Shown here: positions 12,062 through 24,982 of the stretch, piece by piece | Numbering within the stretch: position 1 is the stretch's first letter | How the letters are laid out: each line of letters starts with the position of its first letter | Assembly (NCBI GenBank): GCA_021432655.1 | Contig: MU271437.1 | Coordinates: 1 to 64,000, forward strand | DNA: 64,000 nt | Reading direction: 5' to 3' | Source of the DNA: Atractiella rhizophila | Lineage: Eukaryota | The notes under the pieces: generated by a model | What the model saw: only the letters and a program-made list of their open reading frames with translations | The model's database searches: none | What the model was told of the DNA's origin: nothing | Translations under genes and position numbers: made by a program

Positions 12062-12435
12062 GTGATGGAACATTTTAACAGGCATTTGAATCTAAGAAAC
12101 AAAGAAAACCCTTGCATAATCTAGAAGAGGAAACCATGCACCTAAATGCCACTGCCCTCCTTTCCCTTTCATATATCCTGCCAACGTAACCTCGCTCTCC
12201 CTCATCTGCCTTCAACTTGTTCCGCATCAAGACTTGCAACCTGTTAGACATCAGCTGTTATCGGACTGATAAGTAGATAAAAGTACTTACTGATGCTATG
12301 CGAAGCATTGAGAAACCGCTAGCACTAGATGACCTGATCGATGGAGAAGGAAGGAATGTGGCTCCAAGAAGGGCAATCTGACCGCTGATAAAGTGGGCCT
12401 TCCAACCAAATGAGGCCTGGGAATTAAGCTCACCC

Positions 12436-12832
12436 GAACTTCACTGCATAAAAAAACGTAGTCTTAGTCTTTTGTTGCAACAACATGCAAGTTATTCAGT
12501 TCCTTGTTTTTTTGCACGCTGGGCGATTATACGATGTCCACTATGATGTGGGACCACCAAGGCAACTTTCCTACTGTTTTTCAATAAACAGTGAAAGCTG
12601 CAGAGCTGAATGGTTGACTATACTGTCAGGAACATGCTGAGAGATAATCAGTGATTGAGTACTCATAACAATTCTTTATAAACTACATTATCTGTTTGCC
12701 TGTTTCTTCTCCTGGATCAAAATCCTAAATCCACGTTCCGTCACAATTCGGAACAAAAATCCTGAACCCCCATTCTTATTACAAACCACGTTACACAGAA
12801 ACCGTCCATCCCTTGGATCCGCCGAGACACAA
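12436..12832 (+). repeat. ~400-bp direct repeat, copy 2, downstream of the MULE ORF
   Basis: Nearly identical to 9546-9949. Confidence 0.9.
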
Positions 12833-14525
12833 TCAATCCTAATCACTTCTCCTCCCTCCGATTTTACGGACGTTCCTCTCCCACAAATGACCAGCTTCAC
12901 CTTCCCGCTTGAGACCTGACAAGCGGCTGCGACAGCGGGAGCCACAGAGGAACGCCAACTACAGCAATGACGTTAGGCAGACAGATGGAGGGCTGACTAG
13001 GAAGGGACGGAGGGCTGGTGGAAGGAAGAAGTGTAAGCGTCGTGTAGCTACAGGGACTTACTCGAGTGCAATACGGCACATGTTTTTAGCAAGAAACACT
13101 CGACTGACGACGGTGCACAAGCGCAGCACTTGTCGGGGCCTGATTTCAGTCACTGAGGTAAGAATGAGATTGCACCAACCTAACACCAGTAAAATCATAT
13201 TCTATTCCCCACAAAATCCACTTGGGAGACACTGAACAGGGGCCAGAAGCACACACTGTCGACTGCCTCGTTATGTGCATGAGAATGAGCATGATAATGG
13301 ATAGGGGATTCGTTGAGGGAACAAAGCGAGATGCAACACTTGACGGCGGAATGAACGTTCCTCCCCCCACTATCACAGGATTAGCCATTTGAAGAAAGAC
13401 GAATGGAATACGTACTCCTCCTCTCTAGACATCCCTTCAGCTATTTGTATTGCCATTCCCAATCCGGTCACGCAACCGCTCGTCCCTACACCTCCATTCC
13501 CCACGCCGTCCCATTCGATGATCCACACTTCTCCGCCTCTCACTGGAAGAGGGCAATGGGGACTTCATATCTACGCTCGAACGACGGGGGTGGGAGCTCA
13601 AGGGTGAGGATGGGGAGGAAGCTATGGAGACAGACTGAAGGTTGCGATGGGCGTTTCATGAGTCTCTTCGACTTCCATCTTCGAATTCTCGAACGACTCA
13701 TTCACAGTCCCTTATTCCGACGCCCTTCACAAACGACTTATACTCAGCCCCTTTCTCGCTGCCTCTGATGGCTCTTCTTCCGCAAACCCCCTTCCTTCGA
13801 CCTTCCCTGTCCGTTAGATCCCCACATATGCGGTGAGCACCCAGCTCCTACGTTCCGCGTAGATGTCTGCAAGAGTGCATCTCCTAACTTCGTTCAAGTG
13901 AGCCGACCCATTTTCGATATCGCCGATCAATGTTGATTAACTAAGGGAAGGGGAGAGACCAGAGCCATCCAATGACACTCGAAAGAAAGCCAGTTAGTTG
14001 GGCGGCGGGCGGTGCGAGGAGAGGTAGGATGAATTTCGCTTGGAAGGCGAAGAAGTTATGGGAAGCGATGAGAAGTCGCAGAGGATGCGGTGGGCTACGG
14101 GGCGGGAAACGGCGGACTGCCAGTGAGAGGGCATCTTTTCCCGTCAAGCTACAAGTCTCGAACGGAAGGAGGGGAGAGAGAAAAGAGAAAAGAATGTGAG
14201 CGTGTTGGAGGCGGACCGGGCAAACATGACTCCCATACGGAAGCAAATCATTTATCCGAATGGGAAGTCATGGCGAGTCATCACTCCGCCTTCACTTTCT
14301 CTCACCACACAGAAACAAGAACATCCGTTAAACTATGGGACTGACGTATGTAGAGCAAATAATATGGTAATTCTGACAGAACCTAAAGTACCTGATCTCA
14401 CCCTTTGACCGCAGTGGGCTTGAAATGCGACGTCTCCGGGACCGCCTCTCCCTTCCTCTCTATCAGCAAAGGATTTATCAGCGTATTGCGAATATCATAA
14501 GGTTAACTGCTCAAGGTGACCTAAG

Positions 14526-15575
14526 TTGCAAATACGTGCTCAAAATCTGATCGACCTAGCTGACCTCACCAGGCCGCGGCATGTTGCAGCAACACCACTC
14601 AGTCCAGAGATAGACCCTGGCGGGAAACCCTACGGGTTTTGCGGCATGGTAGCGAAAGATGATCCGGCGGCGGGAACCAGCGCGACGACGTCGGAAGAGG
14701 GGGGATTGTGGCGCGGCGAAAGGGGCATAGAATACAACGGCTTCCAAGGAGGAGACTCACTTTTGGCAATTTCTCCCTACGCTCGTGGGAGCGATGACGA
14801 GTGCAGACGCGCACAAGAAGAGCGTAACAACGGTGAAGAGGAGGAAAACTTTGCGAACGAGAGGGACGTCGATGAAGTGGCTCAGGGTGAAGACAACCAC
14901 GACATGGATGTGGACACTGCGGAACCGTTGGGGGAAGCGCCCAGCTCGGGAGATTTACTGTTGTTGTCGGAAGAGGAGTGTGAAGGTGGTTCTGACGAAG
15001 AGGAGGAAGAACCGGATGGGCTCAGCTTGAAGAAGCAAGAAAAGTGTCACCCATCCGGACGAATACTGAAGCGCCGCAGATCTCAGAAATCAGCTCGTTC
15101 GGAGAGGAAACGCCAGAAGCTGGACAACTCGGAAAGGGACCAGATTGCCAAGTCGAGGGGGTGGAAAGACTTTGCACAGGCGAAGGGGATATGTCAGAGG
15201 AACGGGAAGGCCACGAAGATAAGGGACACCCCCAAGAACCTGGAATTCGCTGAGAGACGATTCTTGGACATGTTTGCCGGCATTTCCACAGAGCATACGT
15301 TGTCACGACTACACAGTCTTGTGTCCAGACTGAAGGATGCTGAATGGATGGAGTTGCCTGTATATGATACAGATGATTCCGCTTTCAACCGCATATGCGT
15401 CCTCGCGCACAGGATCTCCGACGTAACGAACGCGGAATCGTGGGTCGCTTTGACCAAGATGGTACAGACCATGAAATTTGCTATTGAGGTATATGAGTGC
15501 GTTTTCTCACCATTTGTTCAGAATCGATTACAGAGTAAATACACAGGTGGGAGATGGCCCGGCCGCGAGACCTGA
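14526..15575 (+). CDS. Hypothetical protein exon with acidic tract and basic NLS-like segment; probably part of a spliced gene
   Basis: 349-codon open frame with a D/E-rich region and KRRRSQK...RKRQK. No recognisable domain. True start and end are uncertain. Confidence 0.4.
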   Translation: MQIRAQNLIDLADLTRPRHVAATPLSPEIDPGGKPYGFCGMVAKDDPAAGTSATTSEEGGLWRGERGIEYNGFQGGDSLLAISPYARGSDDECRRAQEERNNGEEEENFANERDVDEVAQGEDNHDMDVDTAEPLGEAPSSGDLLLLSEEECEGGSDEEEEEPDGLSLKKQEKCHPSGRILKRRRSQKSARSERKRQKLDNSERDQIAKSRGWKDFAQAKGICQRNGKATKIRDTPKNLEFAERRFLDMFAGISTEHTLSRLHSLVSRLKDAEWMELPVYDTDDSAFNRICVLAHRISDVTNAESWVALTKMVQTMKFAIEVYECVFSPFVQNRLQSKYTGGRWPGRET

Positions 15576-15728
15576 CGGGTGAGGGATGTACGCTTCACGC
15601 TATGCAATAAACATGTATTAACAATAAGGCAGAGGCTAGGGAGCCTTAAGAGTGTAAATCAAGCAATTTGAGCAACAAAACAAACAAAAAAGCGGACAAT
15701 TTCAATGCTGAGACAGAAAATTGATATA

Positions 15729-18700
15729 TCAAGCCTCTTTGGCAATTGTGGCAAGAGCCGTTTTGAACTTCCTCGTCTTCCGATCCCTCTCTCGGCGCAA
15801 TTGAGCCTTAAGAACCATGAGCGCTTGAATGGTGTCCGGTTTGAGGCGTGCACGGCGGATCCCAATAGTGTCGCGAGCTCCGCTGAAGACACGTTCAACA
15901 GCCATAGAACAGCCTGCGTAGCAAAGACTTGTTAGCCCAGTAATGGATGTGAGAAAGAAAGAGAAAACAACCTGGAATGGAGAGTATATCCCGGGCCATC
16001 TGTGACCACTCTTTGAGATCTGTTGTCGACCGTGTACGATAAACCTCCAGGGGATCTTTTGTCCAGGGTAGTTGGGGCAGACTGAACCATATATTTGGTT
16101 GGTGGTCCTCATCCTCTTGAATCACCAAACTTATGCGTTGTTGAGCCTTCTGCATAAGCTTAGCTGAATACGACACCGCAGTAGGTTCATCATCTTGCTT
16201 GAAGGATTCGGAAGGGGAGCAACTGTCGGAAGGTGGTACACGGCATTTACGAAGGTAGTTGATCTTGAAATGCTCAATTAGGGCCGCTTTGCTTGCCACA
16301 ATCACATCCCTATGTTCATCGAATATTGGGCTTGCGAGGAAGTAATGGTTGAGGCGAGGGTCGAGAACTGATGGCTGCAAGTCAAAGAAAGCGAAGCGTA
16401 GGCAAGGAAAAACACTTACAAACAGACCAAAGAGGGTAAGGAGATTGATCCAAGAGTGCGTTGTAGGTGCTCAGTTTTGTATGAGCCTTCACCAAACCAT
16501 CCCGAAATTCCGTTGGGATGGTTTCCGGCATAGTTACAATGAACTCCCTCAGTTCTGCCATAAGCCCGTAATACATCCCCAGCGTTGATGAGAGAGATGG
16601 CGTGGATGTGGTTGACATCTCGAGAGTTGCATTGCGGAAGGATTCAAGCCATGTTGTCACTACCTCTATCCCGTCCCACTCCGCCTTCTTCAGTCGCTGT
16701 CTCTCCAGCCCATACTGATCAACATATCTTTCAATCGCCTCCCGATATCACAGACAGAGTGCTAGCATGTCGTGGGTGGAGGACCAACGTGTGCAGCAGT
16801 CAAGGATAAGGATCTTGAGTTCTTCTTCCGACAGTTTTCCGAGCTCGTTGAGAGTGTCCTCAAGCAAGGTAAACCAGGTCTTTCGCCTTTGGGGTGTCAA
16901 GCGAACATGCTTGACAATGGAGCGAAGCTGGCATTACCAATATTGGTCATAATAGATCAATGAGGCATCAGCAACGCACCTTGGCGAGTATATCCTTCAC
17001 TATTCCGACTTGAACATCAATGTCTGTTTCATCATCCAAAGGTAACTCCCCCCCTCCAACCTTGATCTTCCTTGTCACTTCCTCTTGCCACAGAGCTGAC
17101 TCCATCACTTTGTTCTCCTTTTCTGGAAATGCACCAATAACCTTCAACAGCTCCATCGCAGCGAGATGTATGACATGCGGAGAGCAGAACACACGCCGTT
17201 CTTTTGCGCAGAAGGGTATACCACGTTCGAGCAGTCGGGACTCAATTCCTTCGACGGCGGTCGTGTTGTTCGATGCGCCATCTCCCGTAATACATCCTAG
17301 CTGTAAGCATTCATTGAGCCAATGTCCACTGTAAAAAAACAGCTGTACAAACCTGCCGATCAATCCCATAGTTGTCAACTGTCTTCATGATTGCATCTGC
17401 AAGGGCATCGCCAGTATGCGCTCCTTCAATCTCTTGAAAGTCAATAAGAACTTCCTCCAGCACCCAGTCTTTGTTGATGAACGAAGCAACGATCGCAAGA
17501 AAGGCATAGCAGTTATCGGAGGTCCACAGATCTTGAGCAAGGTGAATCTTGGTATCGAGGGCCTAGAAACTGCAATGAGCACCGAAGCAACAGAGATAGC
17601 TAAAGTATTACCTGAAGGCGTTCTCCTAAACACTCCTTAGTATCCTTAGCCATTGACAACACCTTCCTCTCAATGGTTTCACGGCTTGGCAGTTTGAGAC
17701 CTTTTTTCTCTTCATCAACTTCCATGACTGCTTGATCACTGGCTACCGAATCATCCTCGTCTGGGATAGGACCATCCTGTGGAACTGGTATTTCTTGCTC
17801 CTTGGAGATTGGAAGTGTCCACTGAAGGTACAGAAGAAGGACGAGGAATTCGATGGAGGTGACAGACATGAAGGGCTGGTCAGTACTGACAATGTATTTG
17901 AGGAGGATATCATCGAATATCTGTTGATCAAATGCCTACACAAAGTCACAAGTAGTAAAAGGTTCTAATACAGCCCTCACCTGCCTCTTATACTCATCTA
18001 TCATCCGGTTCATCATCTTCTTGATGGAGGAGGCTTGCAACTTCGCTTTTTTCTTATCTGAATCTGTAATCTAGCAAAGAGCCATGATCAACAATGAAAT
18101 ATGAACGCTTAAGGAGAAAATACGAACAGGAATATGCCCTGTAGCCTTATCCATATCTTCTTGAGGTATATCAGTCTCGTTCTTGACGAGAAGGAGGAGC
18201 TTTTGATAGAGCGAATAGGCGCCTTTATGATTTTGAGCGGTCCTAAGATGGCCTTCGAGGCTGGAATAGTTGTTGTGGCTGGCTTTTGTCACTCGGCAGA
18301 TGTAGTCGCAGTGATGGCACCCATAATATTTGTCTCCTTCGCTGTGACCCCTCTTGACACGGAGTGGGACACGAGCTTCGTCTGGAGAGATCTGTTCGAA
18401 GAAGTAATGGACGGTTGCTCGGTGTCGAGAGCTTATCAACTGAAACACATAGGTGGTAAGAAAGAATTCCGAATGTAAAGTAAGAGCATACTTTTGACTG
18501 TTGCTTAGCACGTATCTTGCGAGGACTAAGAGCTTTCATTGTGGACATGGGAGTAGTTGTGCCATTCTGTAAACATGTTCAGTTCATTTGAGACCGCCAA
18601 ATTGAAGCAACAGACCTAGCCGCGCTTCTTCGACTTCTTCATTGTTTTTGTCGGCAGCATCTCAGCCAGCTCCCGATTTGACACCACCTCCTCCGCCTTG

Positions 18701-19371
18701 TCGCCATCATCATCCTTACCATCCTCCATCTCCTCATCATCGTCCTCTCCTGAAGACAGCACGAAGAGGCCGCCATCACCACCAATCTCATCCACTACTA
18801 GATCTCCAACCAGGACAATGTGGAAGTGAGCAGCGACCGCACATATTGAAGCCTTCCGGGCCTTTACAAGATACGAGGGAATACCATAATTTTTCTCGCT
18901 TTTGCATAATCCGTCCCAGAGAACTTTGAGGCTTTGGAGACCGTGTCGAAAACCAGAATCGGACGAAGACTGAGGACGGTATCCAGAGAACGATGAAATG
19001 GGCAGTCATTGTCTTCATCCTTGCAGGGGAGCATTGCCTTGAGGTTCTCACAAGTCTTATAAAGCCAAGATGTAGCCTAATATAGAGATCAGTTAAAATT
19101 GAGTGAGAGAGAAACAATGTACGTAGTCCTTATCTCGTCGTACAGTTGTGGCAGACGACATCAACACTTCAAGCTGCTCGTAACCAGGAATAGTCAAGTC
19201 CCTGGCGCAAACAAAGTCAACACCGCACATCATGTTGAAAGATGAAAGGACTGGCATACACTTCTCACTCCCACTTCTTTCTTTCTGCCTCGCTAAAAGC
19301 AGTCCCATCTTCATTATTCCTCTTCACCATATCCACCAGTTTGATTTGCCGAATTGACTTCGTTGATGCCA
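15729..19371 (-). mobile_element. hAT transposase gene (multi-exon), inactivated
   Basis: BED-like CHHC...LEGHL, then DLWTSD, GDGASNN, CSPHVIHLAA, DCCTRWSST and dimerisation motif SMAVERVFS...RRARL. In-frame TGA at 16748-16750. TATA-like CTATAAAAG at about 19425-19433 (minus). Confidence 0.88.
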
Positions 19372-19764
19372 TCGTGGTCAAGGAATAGCAATGCGTTGAG
19401 GGTGACGGCGGGAGGGCTGAGCGCCTTTTATAGTCATTTTGGTTGGGGTTTGGCGGCGGACACATTGATACCCAGTTATCTGGTTGAAGCCAACTTGCTT
19501 TTGGGGTTGGAATATTCTCGAACTGCGGTTACCCAGAGAATCCGAAACATCTATTCGTGAGGAGGCGTGGTCGTGACTGGCATCCGATTGTACAACAAGC
19601 GTAAGCACGCATGGAGACGGGTCTGTTTGGGGTGGACCTACCGTGCGTCTTGCTGTCCGTGCACAGGAGCGGGCGGGTAGGAGCGGGTTGATTCTGGTTC
19701 AACGTAAGTCAAAATTGGCGGATATCCCACACGGGTGCCAAACCGGTGACGTAGCGTTGTGTAT

Positions 19765-22118
19765 CCCTAAATGGTCCCCACACAAGAGGTGGGAATCATT
19801 AACTCATGGCTAAGGGGAAGAAGCACGACCTATAACTTCGATGGATATTCTTCGGAGTTCTTCGTCCTGCATGTAGGACTGGCACAAGGCTCCCCCCTTT
19901 CTCCGATTCTCTATCTCTTCCACAATGCTGACCTTTTGGAAATACAGGCACCAGGAGGGGCATATCTCAAATGTGGGTTCGTAGACGACATCCACATGAA
20001 TACCCGTGCAACTAACCCGTCACAAGCCATCGCAAATCTTGAGGTGATGCTCGATAAAGCAATGGCTTGGGTGAGAAGCATGGGGCCATACTTGAGGAGG
20101 CCAAAACGGACTTTGTCCTATACGGGCATCTGAGGAAGATGAAATCCCGATACGGCCACCTTACTATTCGTGTTGGAACGACAACCATTCCCCAGTCGCT
20201 AGAGATGAAATACCTGGGAGTGCTCCTTGACTCCAGGTTAAATTTCAACTCTCATTTAAAAGCCATTGAGAAGAAGGCTAATGCCTCGCTCTCCCTCCTG
20301 GCATCCCTCTCCAACACAACGAAGGGAATCCCCCTACGACTGTATCGGCGCCTCTATGAGGCTGCTGTATGTGCAATGACCGACAACAACACAGTGGTAT
20401 GGCACCGCTTAGGGAAGAAGACAGGCGGAGCCATGCGCCTAGAAATCATTTAACGCTATGCCCAACGACTAATACTTGGGGCCTTCCGTACGACCCCCAC
20501 TTCTGCCCTCTCCTACGACTCCAACCTCACACCAGTAGTCGCCCACCTGGACAGGGTAGTCGCTAGGGCGATAGTCAGGTTACTCTCTCCTTCAAACTCC
20601 AACCCAGCAGGTCTCATTGCCTGGAAAACTCTGGCCCTGCTGTCTCCTAGTTCCCATCTCTCGCCACTCAATTACACTTTCAACTCAACCAGAATCACCT
20701 TCCCCAAAGGCCTCGAAGTCATTCCATCCTTCACCACCCACCCAGGGTGTACCCCTCCATTCAACGTCCCCATTGCAGAAACAAAAGAAGATGCCTCCAG
20801 GGAGTTCAACGAGCTGGTACAGGAGGCAGGAGAAACTTGGATCTTCACGGATGGTTCAAGAACAGAAGATGGTGTGGCATGTGGGCTGGCAATCACAGAT
20901 CCAGATATCAAGGCTGGTTACAGGATCGGCGGCTGTGACAAGAACACCGTCTTCGAGGCAGAATTGCTGGGGATTGACAGAGGCTTGGCGTTGGGCATAG
21001 CACTCAACAGAACACGAGGTACCCAATCCTCGGTCCGTATCTTTACGGATTCCCAGGCTGGAGTCAAAAACCTAGCTGAGAAGCCGAAAAGCAAACCGGC
21101 GGTTTGCGTTGTCAAGAACATCCACCACCTCGCCTCCACATTCCGAAAGGAGTTCCCCCTTGCTAACCTCTCGTTACACTGGATCCCTGGCCATGCTGAT
21201 ATCAAAGGCAATAAACTCGCAGACTCAGCGGCCAGCGGAGCTACTAATGCCAAGAAAGCAACGGGAACACATAGCCTCCCAACAAGCCCTTCGGCATTCA
21301 AGTCCACCATCTCACCATCGATGTTCACCCAAAGATACACCAATGCTACATCCTCCTTGGGGAAGCACCATCGCTCCCTCTCACGTGCATTGTCGCCAGA
21401 AGAGACACTCGAGGTACTAGCATCGATGCCCAGGGCTCAAGCATCCATCTTTGTCCAGCTCCGATCTGGGCACATATCTGTGAATGACTACCTACACAGA
21501 ATCGGGATCAAAGAGGACCCAGGCTGCAACCAGTGTGGCATGTGTGATACTGTTTCCCACTTCTTCTTCGAATGCGAAGAATATGACGAAGAATGGAAGA
21601 AGCTAAAGGAAGAAGGACATCCGGTTTAGATCTCTCAGCGACCTCTTAAGCAAGCCGGAAGCGATCCAAGCGGTATGGGAATCATTAGGAGGAGCGGCAA
21701 GTTCAACTTATGGATCAAGAGGGCACAAAGGGTGTTAGACAGGAGAAAGGAGGAGAGAAAGAAGTCAGGAGGCAGAAAGGAAGAGGATAAAAGGGAAGAC
21801 TGGGAGGACTAATCACCTCTAAGATAAGTCTCCTCCAAGAATAACTTAAAAACTTTCACTTAGCCATCCCAACGTAGAATCCCTCTCATGGTCATCCTGC
21901 TTAACGGTCATATTCCTTGCAAGGGGTGCTGGGGAATCATTACACTTCTTACTTTCACATCTCTTCTTATCACCATACATTGCATCTCACTCCCACCGAC
22001 GTACTTTGCTCACAAGTCTTTTTTTTACTTACTTTGATCAGTTCCCCAATGTAGAGCTCCGTTGACTACAGTCTGTAAGCTCTGAAATATGGTCACAATA
22101 ACAACAACAACAACAACG
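19765..22118 (+). mobile_element. 5'-truncated non-LTR retrotransposon (Tad1-like LINE): RT C-half, RNase H, CCHC knuckle, 3' UTR and (ACA)n tail
   Basis: QGSPLSPILY, FVDD, KYLGV, GAFRTTP, FTDGS, FTDSQA, WIPGH.DIKGN and C..C...H...C. Frameshift at about 20070 and TAA at 20451. Tail AATAACAACAACAACAACAAC at about 22097-22118. Confidence 0.93.
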
Positions 22119-22536
22119 ACTTCTCCGTCCGCTGAGGTCTGAATTATCCGCCTAATTTCTTCCAATTTCCATTATTCTCAGTTGTGAATGCTCTGTAATC
22201 TTATTCTATGTAAGAATATGGAAGTTTGCGCATCATTTTTGCCATTATGAACAAAGACAGGGCAACAAACAACAATCAACATTACTTTCGGAGCCGCATG
22301 AGCCGAATATCGTATCGTGGAATATCGTATCGTATCTTGTCGGGAGCGTGCCCCGGCGGTTCGATGGTGTGAGTCGAACTCGAACCGGGTTGTTTGCCGT
22401 ACTCTTTGGGCCTCTCCGATACGACTCGATTGATCTCTTAGTAGGAAACCCCGAGGGGGACCGCCACCTTTGAAATATGTGGATTGTGGTTATTCTTCAT
22501 CCCTTCAGCCATCTTCAGCACCGAATCTTTTCCTTT

Positions 22537-24982
22537 ATGAGCTCAATGTCAGCTCACGACGACGTCTATGAGTTACTTTTTCAAGTAGTGCATGTCGGTG
22601 ATGAAAATCAACTTGTTGGAAAAACGTCAGTGATCGAATTTCCTGCCAACAAAACAGTGGCAGCATTAGAGAAGGCCATTCGTCAGGAGTTTCCTCAAAA
22701 TCTCAGCACCAACGAATTTGATTTATGGATGATGGACCCAATGCTAGCCATCGAGGAGGAAGAGGTTGTGAAAACGATCCGGTTCCCCTCTGAAAGATTG
22801 AAAAAACTCCACCCCGCATTTCGGTTATCGAAATACTGGCAAGAAGCCCCTGGAGATGGACATCTACATTTGTTGGTCCAGCTGCGAGACCCACCGCTCG
22901 TATTACAACATCCAACATCTAGTAAGTAACCTGCGGTCATTTCATCCCTCTCTGATTTGTGTGTTAGTCTGGCAGGCTCACGGCATTCTCGATGACTATC
23001 AATTTCTTGCGCGCATCATGACAATCAAGGCGGGATCATTCGAGCCTCATGCCCTTCTAGAAGCAAACAACACCTCCCGGTCCAAGAATCCCGAGACCGT
23101 CACATCGAGAATGCTTTCGGCCGAGTGAAGAACACGTTAGGGCAACTATTTCAGCTCCCTGGAATGCCTGATGCTGTTACTCGCGCAATTGGAGCATCGC
23201 TTCAGAGCTTTTTTTTTCGACAGGGGCCTGCGACTCAGGGTCGAATAGCAACAGCGGCGGAGCTTCGTCATTATCATGAGGTTGCCGCAGCTCATCCCTT
23301 TTTTGGGAGATTTTCGGACAACAAGGAACCATATTTCAACTGGACCTATATGATGCCTGTGGCGAGAGAACTCTCCCGCCGCCGATATGGATCGGACCAA
23401 ATCTCCGACTTCATCGCGTACGCCTCTCGCTTTTGGTTGATTTCTACTGATATAGCCGATGGTTCAGTAATAGAAAGTGGTCAATTCATCTTTATCCTTA
23501 TACTGCTCAAACTCCAGCCACTTCTGAATCGCCAGCCGTCCCTATGAGACAGTACAAGTATCAACCTCGCAGCGACTTTCAAATTCAACGGCATGGCATC
23601 CCGCAAGTCCTCGTCGAAGTGCAATCAAAAGCGTCGGGAGAAGATCGTTGTCGGATGTTGCTGCAAGCTGGAGCTCTCGTCAGGGTGGTGAATCACGCGA
23701 TGAGAAGCGATGCCTCGAATCCTTATATTCTTATCGCGTACTATATCACAAACGCATTGGAGGCCGAACAATACTTATTGTGCATTGGTACAGACTCCGT
23801 GCGTAGATTTGCGACTTGTCTCCAGGTGTCACCTGTCGATTCTGTTATTCGTAGAAAACGGTGAAGTACTCTGAATACCGCTTCGATCTCCGCGTGCGTG
23901 AAGAAGCGTTCAAGTTTCTGCTTGAGCTATACAACTGCTCAGATGTGATCGATTCGAACAACAGTTGGATCAATGAAAAAGCGAGCAAAATCAAAGACAG
24001 CTTAAACACTTTCGGTCAGCTCCCGTCATTCACCAGCACGTCGAATAAGAAACGCAAAACCGCTCATGAAAGCGACGGAAACGACGACGACGGAAACGAT
24101 GGCGGACTTCTTGCTGTTCCACAAGTGCAATCTTATCTGACTAAATTGGGATATCGGCTGGAGTCACCAGAATCTAGGAGTTCTTGGATTCCATGGGAAG
24201 ACGTGTGTATTTTACACTCTTGGTTCGCCCTGTTGATCGCCTGACACCAGGTCTCGACTTCGTCCGTGGTGGCAGCCTCCGCATCCGACGGCACCCCTGT
24301 GATCATTAAACGAGCATGTAGCCCTAAAGAAGCTCAGATTCATCAGTTTCTGGCAGGCATATCTGACGTTAAAAATCACACGATGAACATTCGCGAAGTT
24401 TTGGGATTCCAGGACTACACGTTGGTTGTTCTCCCTCATGGGACTCCTCTACCGTCCTTGAGTCTGAATACTTCTCTTGCGATATCTTTGGCGGACCAAC
24501 TTGTTGATGGCGTGGGATTCATGCACAGTCATGGTTTTGTTCACCTCGATCTCAAACCCAACAACCTCGTCGTCGTCTCTAACGTCCTTAAGATAATTGA
24601 TTTTGGGTTGTCTCGCAAAGCTGGCGACGAGACCATCTTGAAAGGATATCGAGGAACTCGATCATGGGTCGCCCCTGAACTTGGAACAGAAGACGGACCG
24701 CAGCGAGTATTCCATCCGATCCCCGCTGATCTATGGGCTGTTGGCCTCATTATTTCTCGTTTCTTTGGTTCGTTCCTCCCACCCTGTCACTATCTCTTGC
24801 TTCTTGCTCCTGAGTTGATGTCAATGAATCCTCAATCGCGGCCACGGCTGGACAAATTGGATCGAAGGCCAAAGAAAAGAGTTTTGGAATCTGAATTTGG
24901 TTGGAGTAATTTGGGGAGTGAAAATGAAGGAATTGAAAGTGAGAGTCTGATACGTAAAAGGAGACATCTCATTGCTTGTTAA
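22537..24982 (+). CDS. Crinkler (CRN)-type protein: ubiquitin-like CRN header + REase-like domain + protein kinase; 5 exons, one reading-frame lesion in exon 2
   Basis: Header TVAALEKAI..FDLW..LHP...LSKYW..P..GHLHLLVQ..P (HVLVxxP-like). PRSDF...LVEVQS. Kinase motifs VIIK, HLDLKPNN, DFG, APE and DLWAVG. Introns at 22922-22967, 23480-23535, 23799-23854 and 24203-24250; the last three join in frame. Confidence 0.8.

Noticed and set aside
9546..12832. LTR retrotransposon interpretation of the direct repeats
   Set aside because: There are no TG...CA ends, PBS/PPT or gag/pol, and the interior is a DDE MULE transposase.
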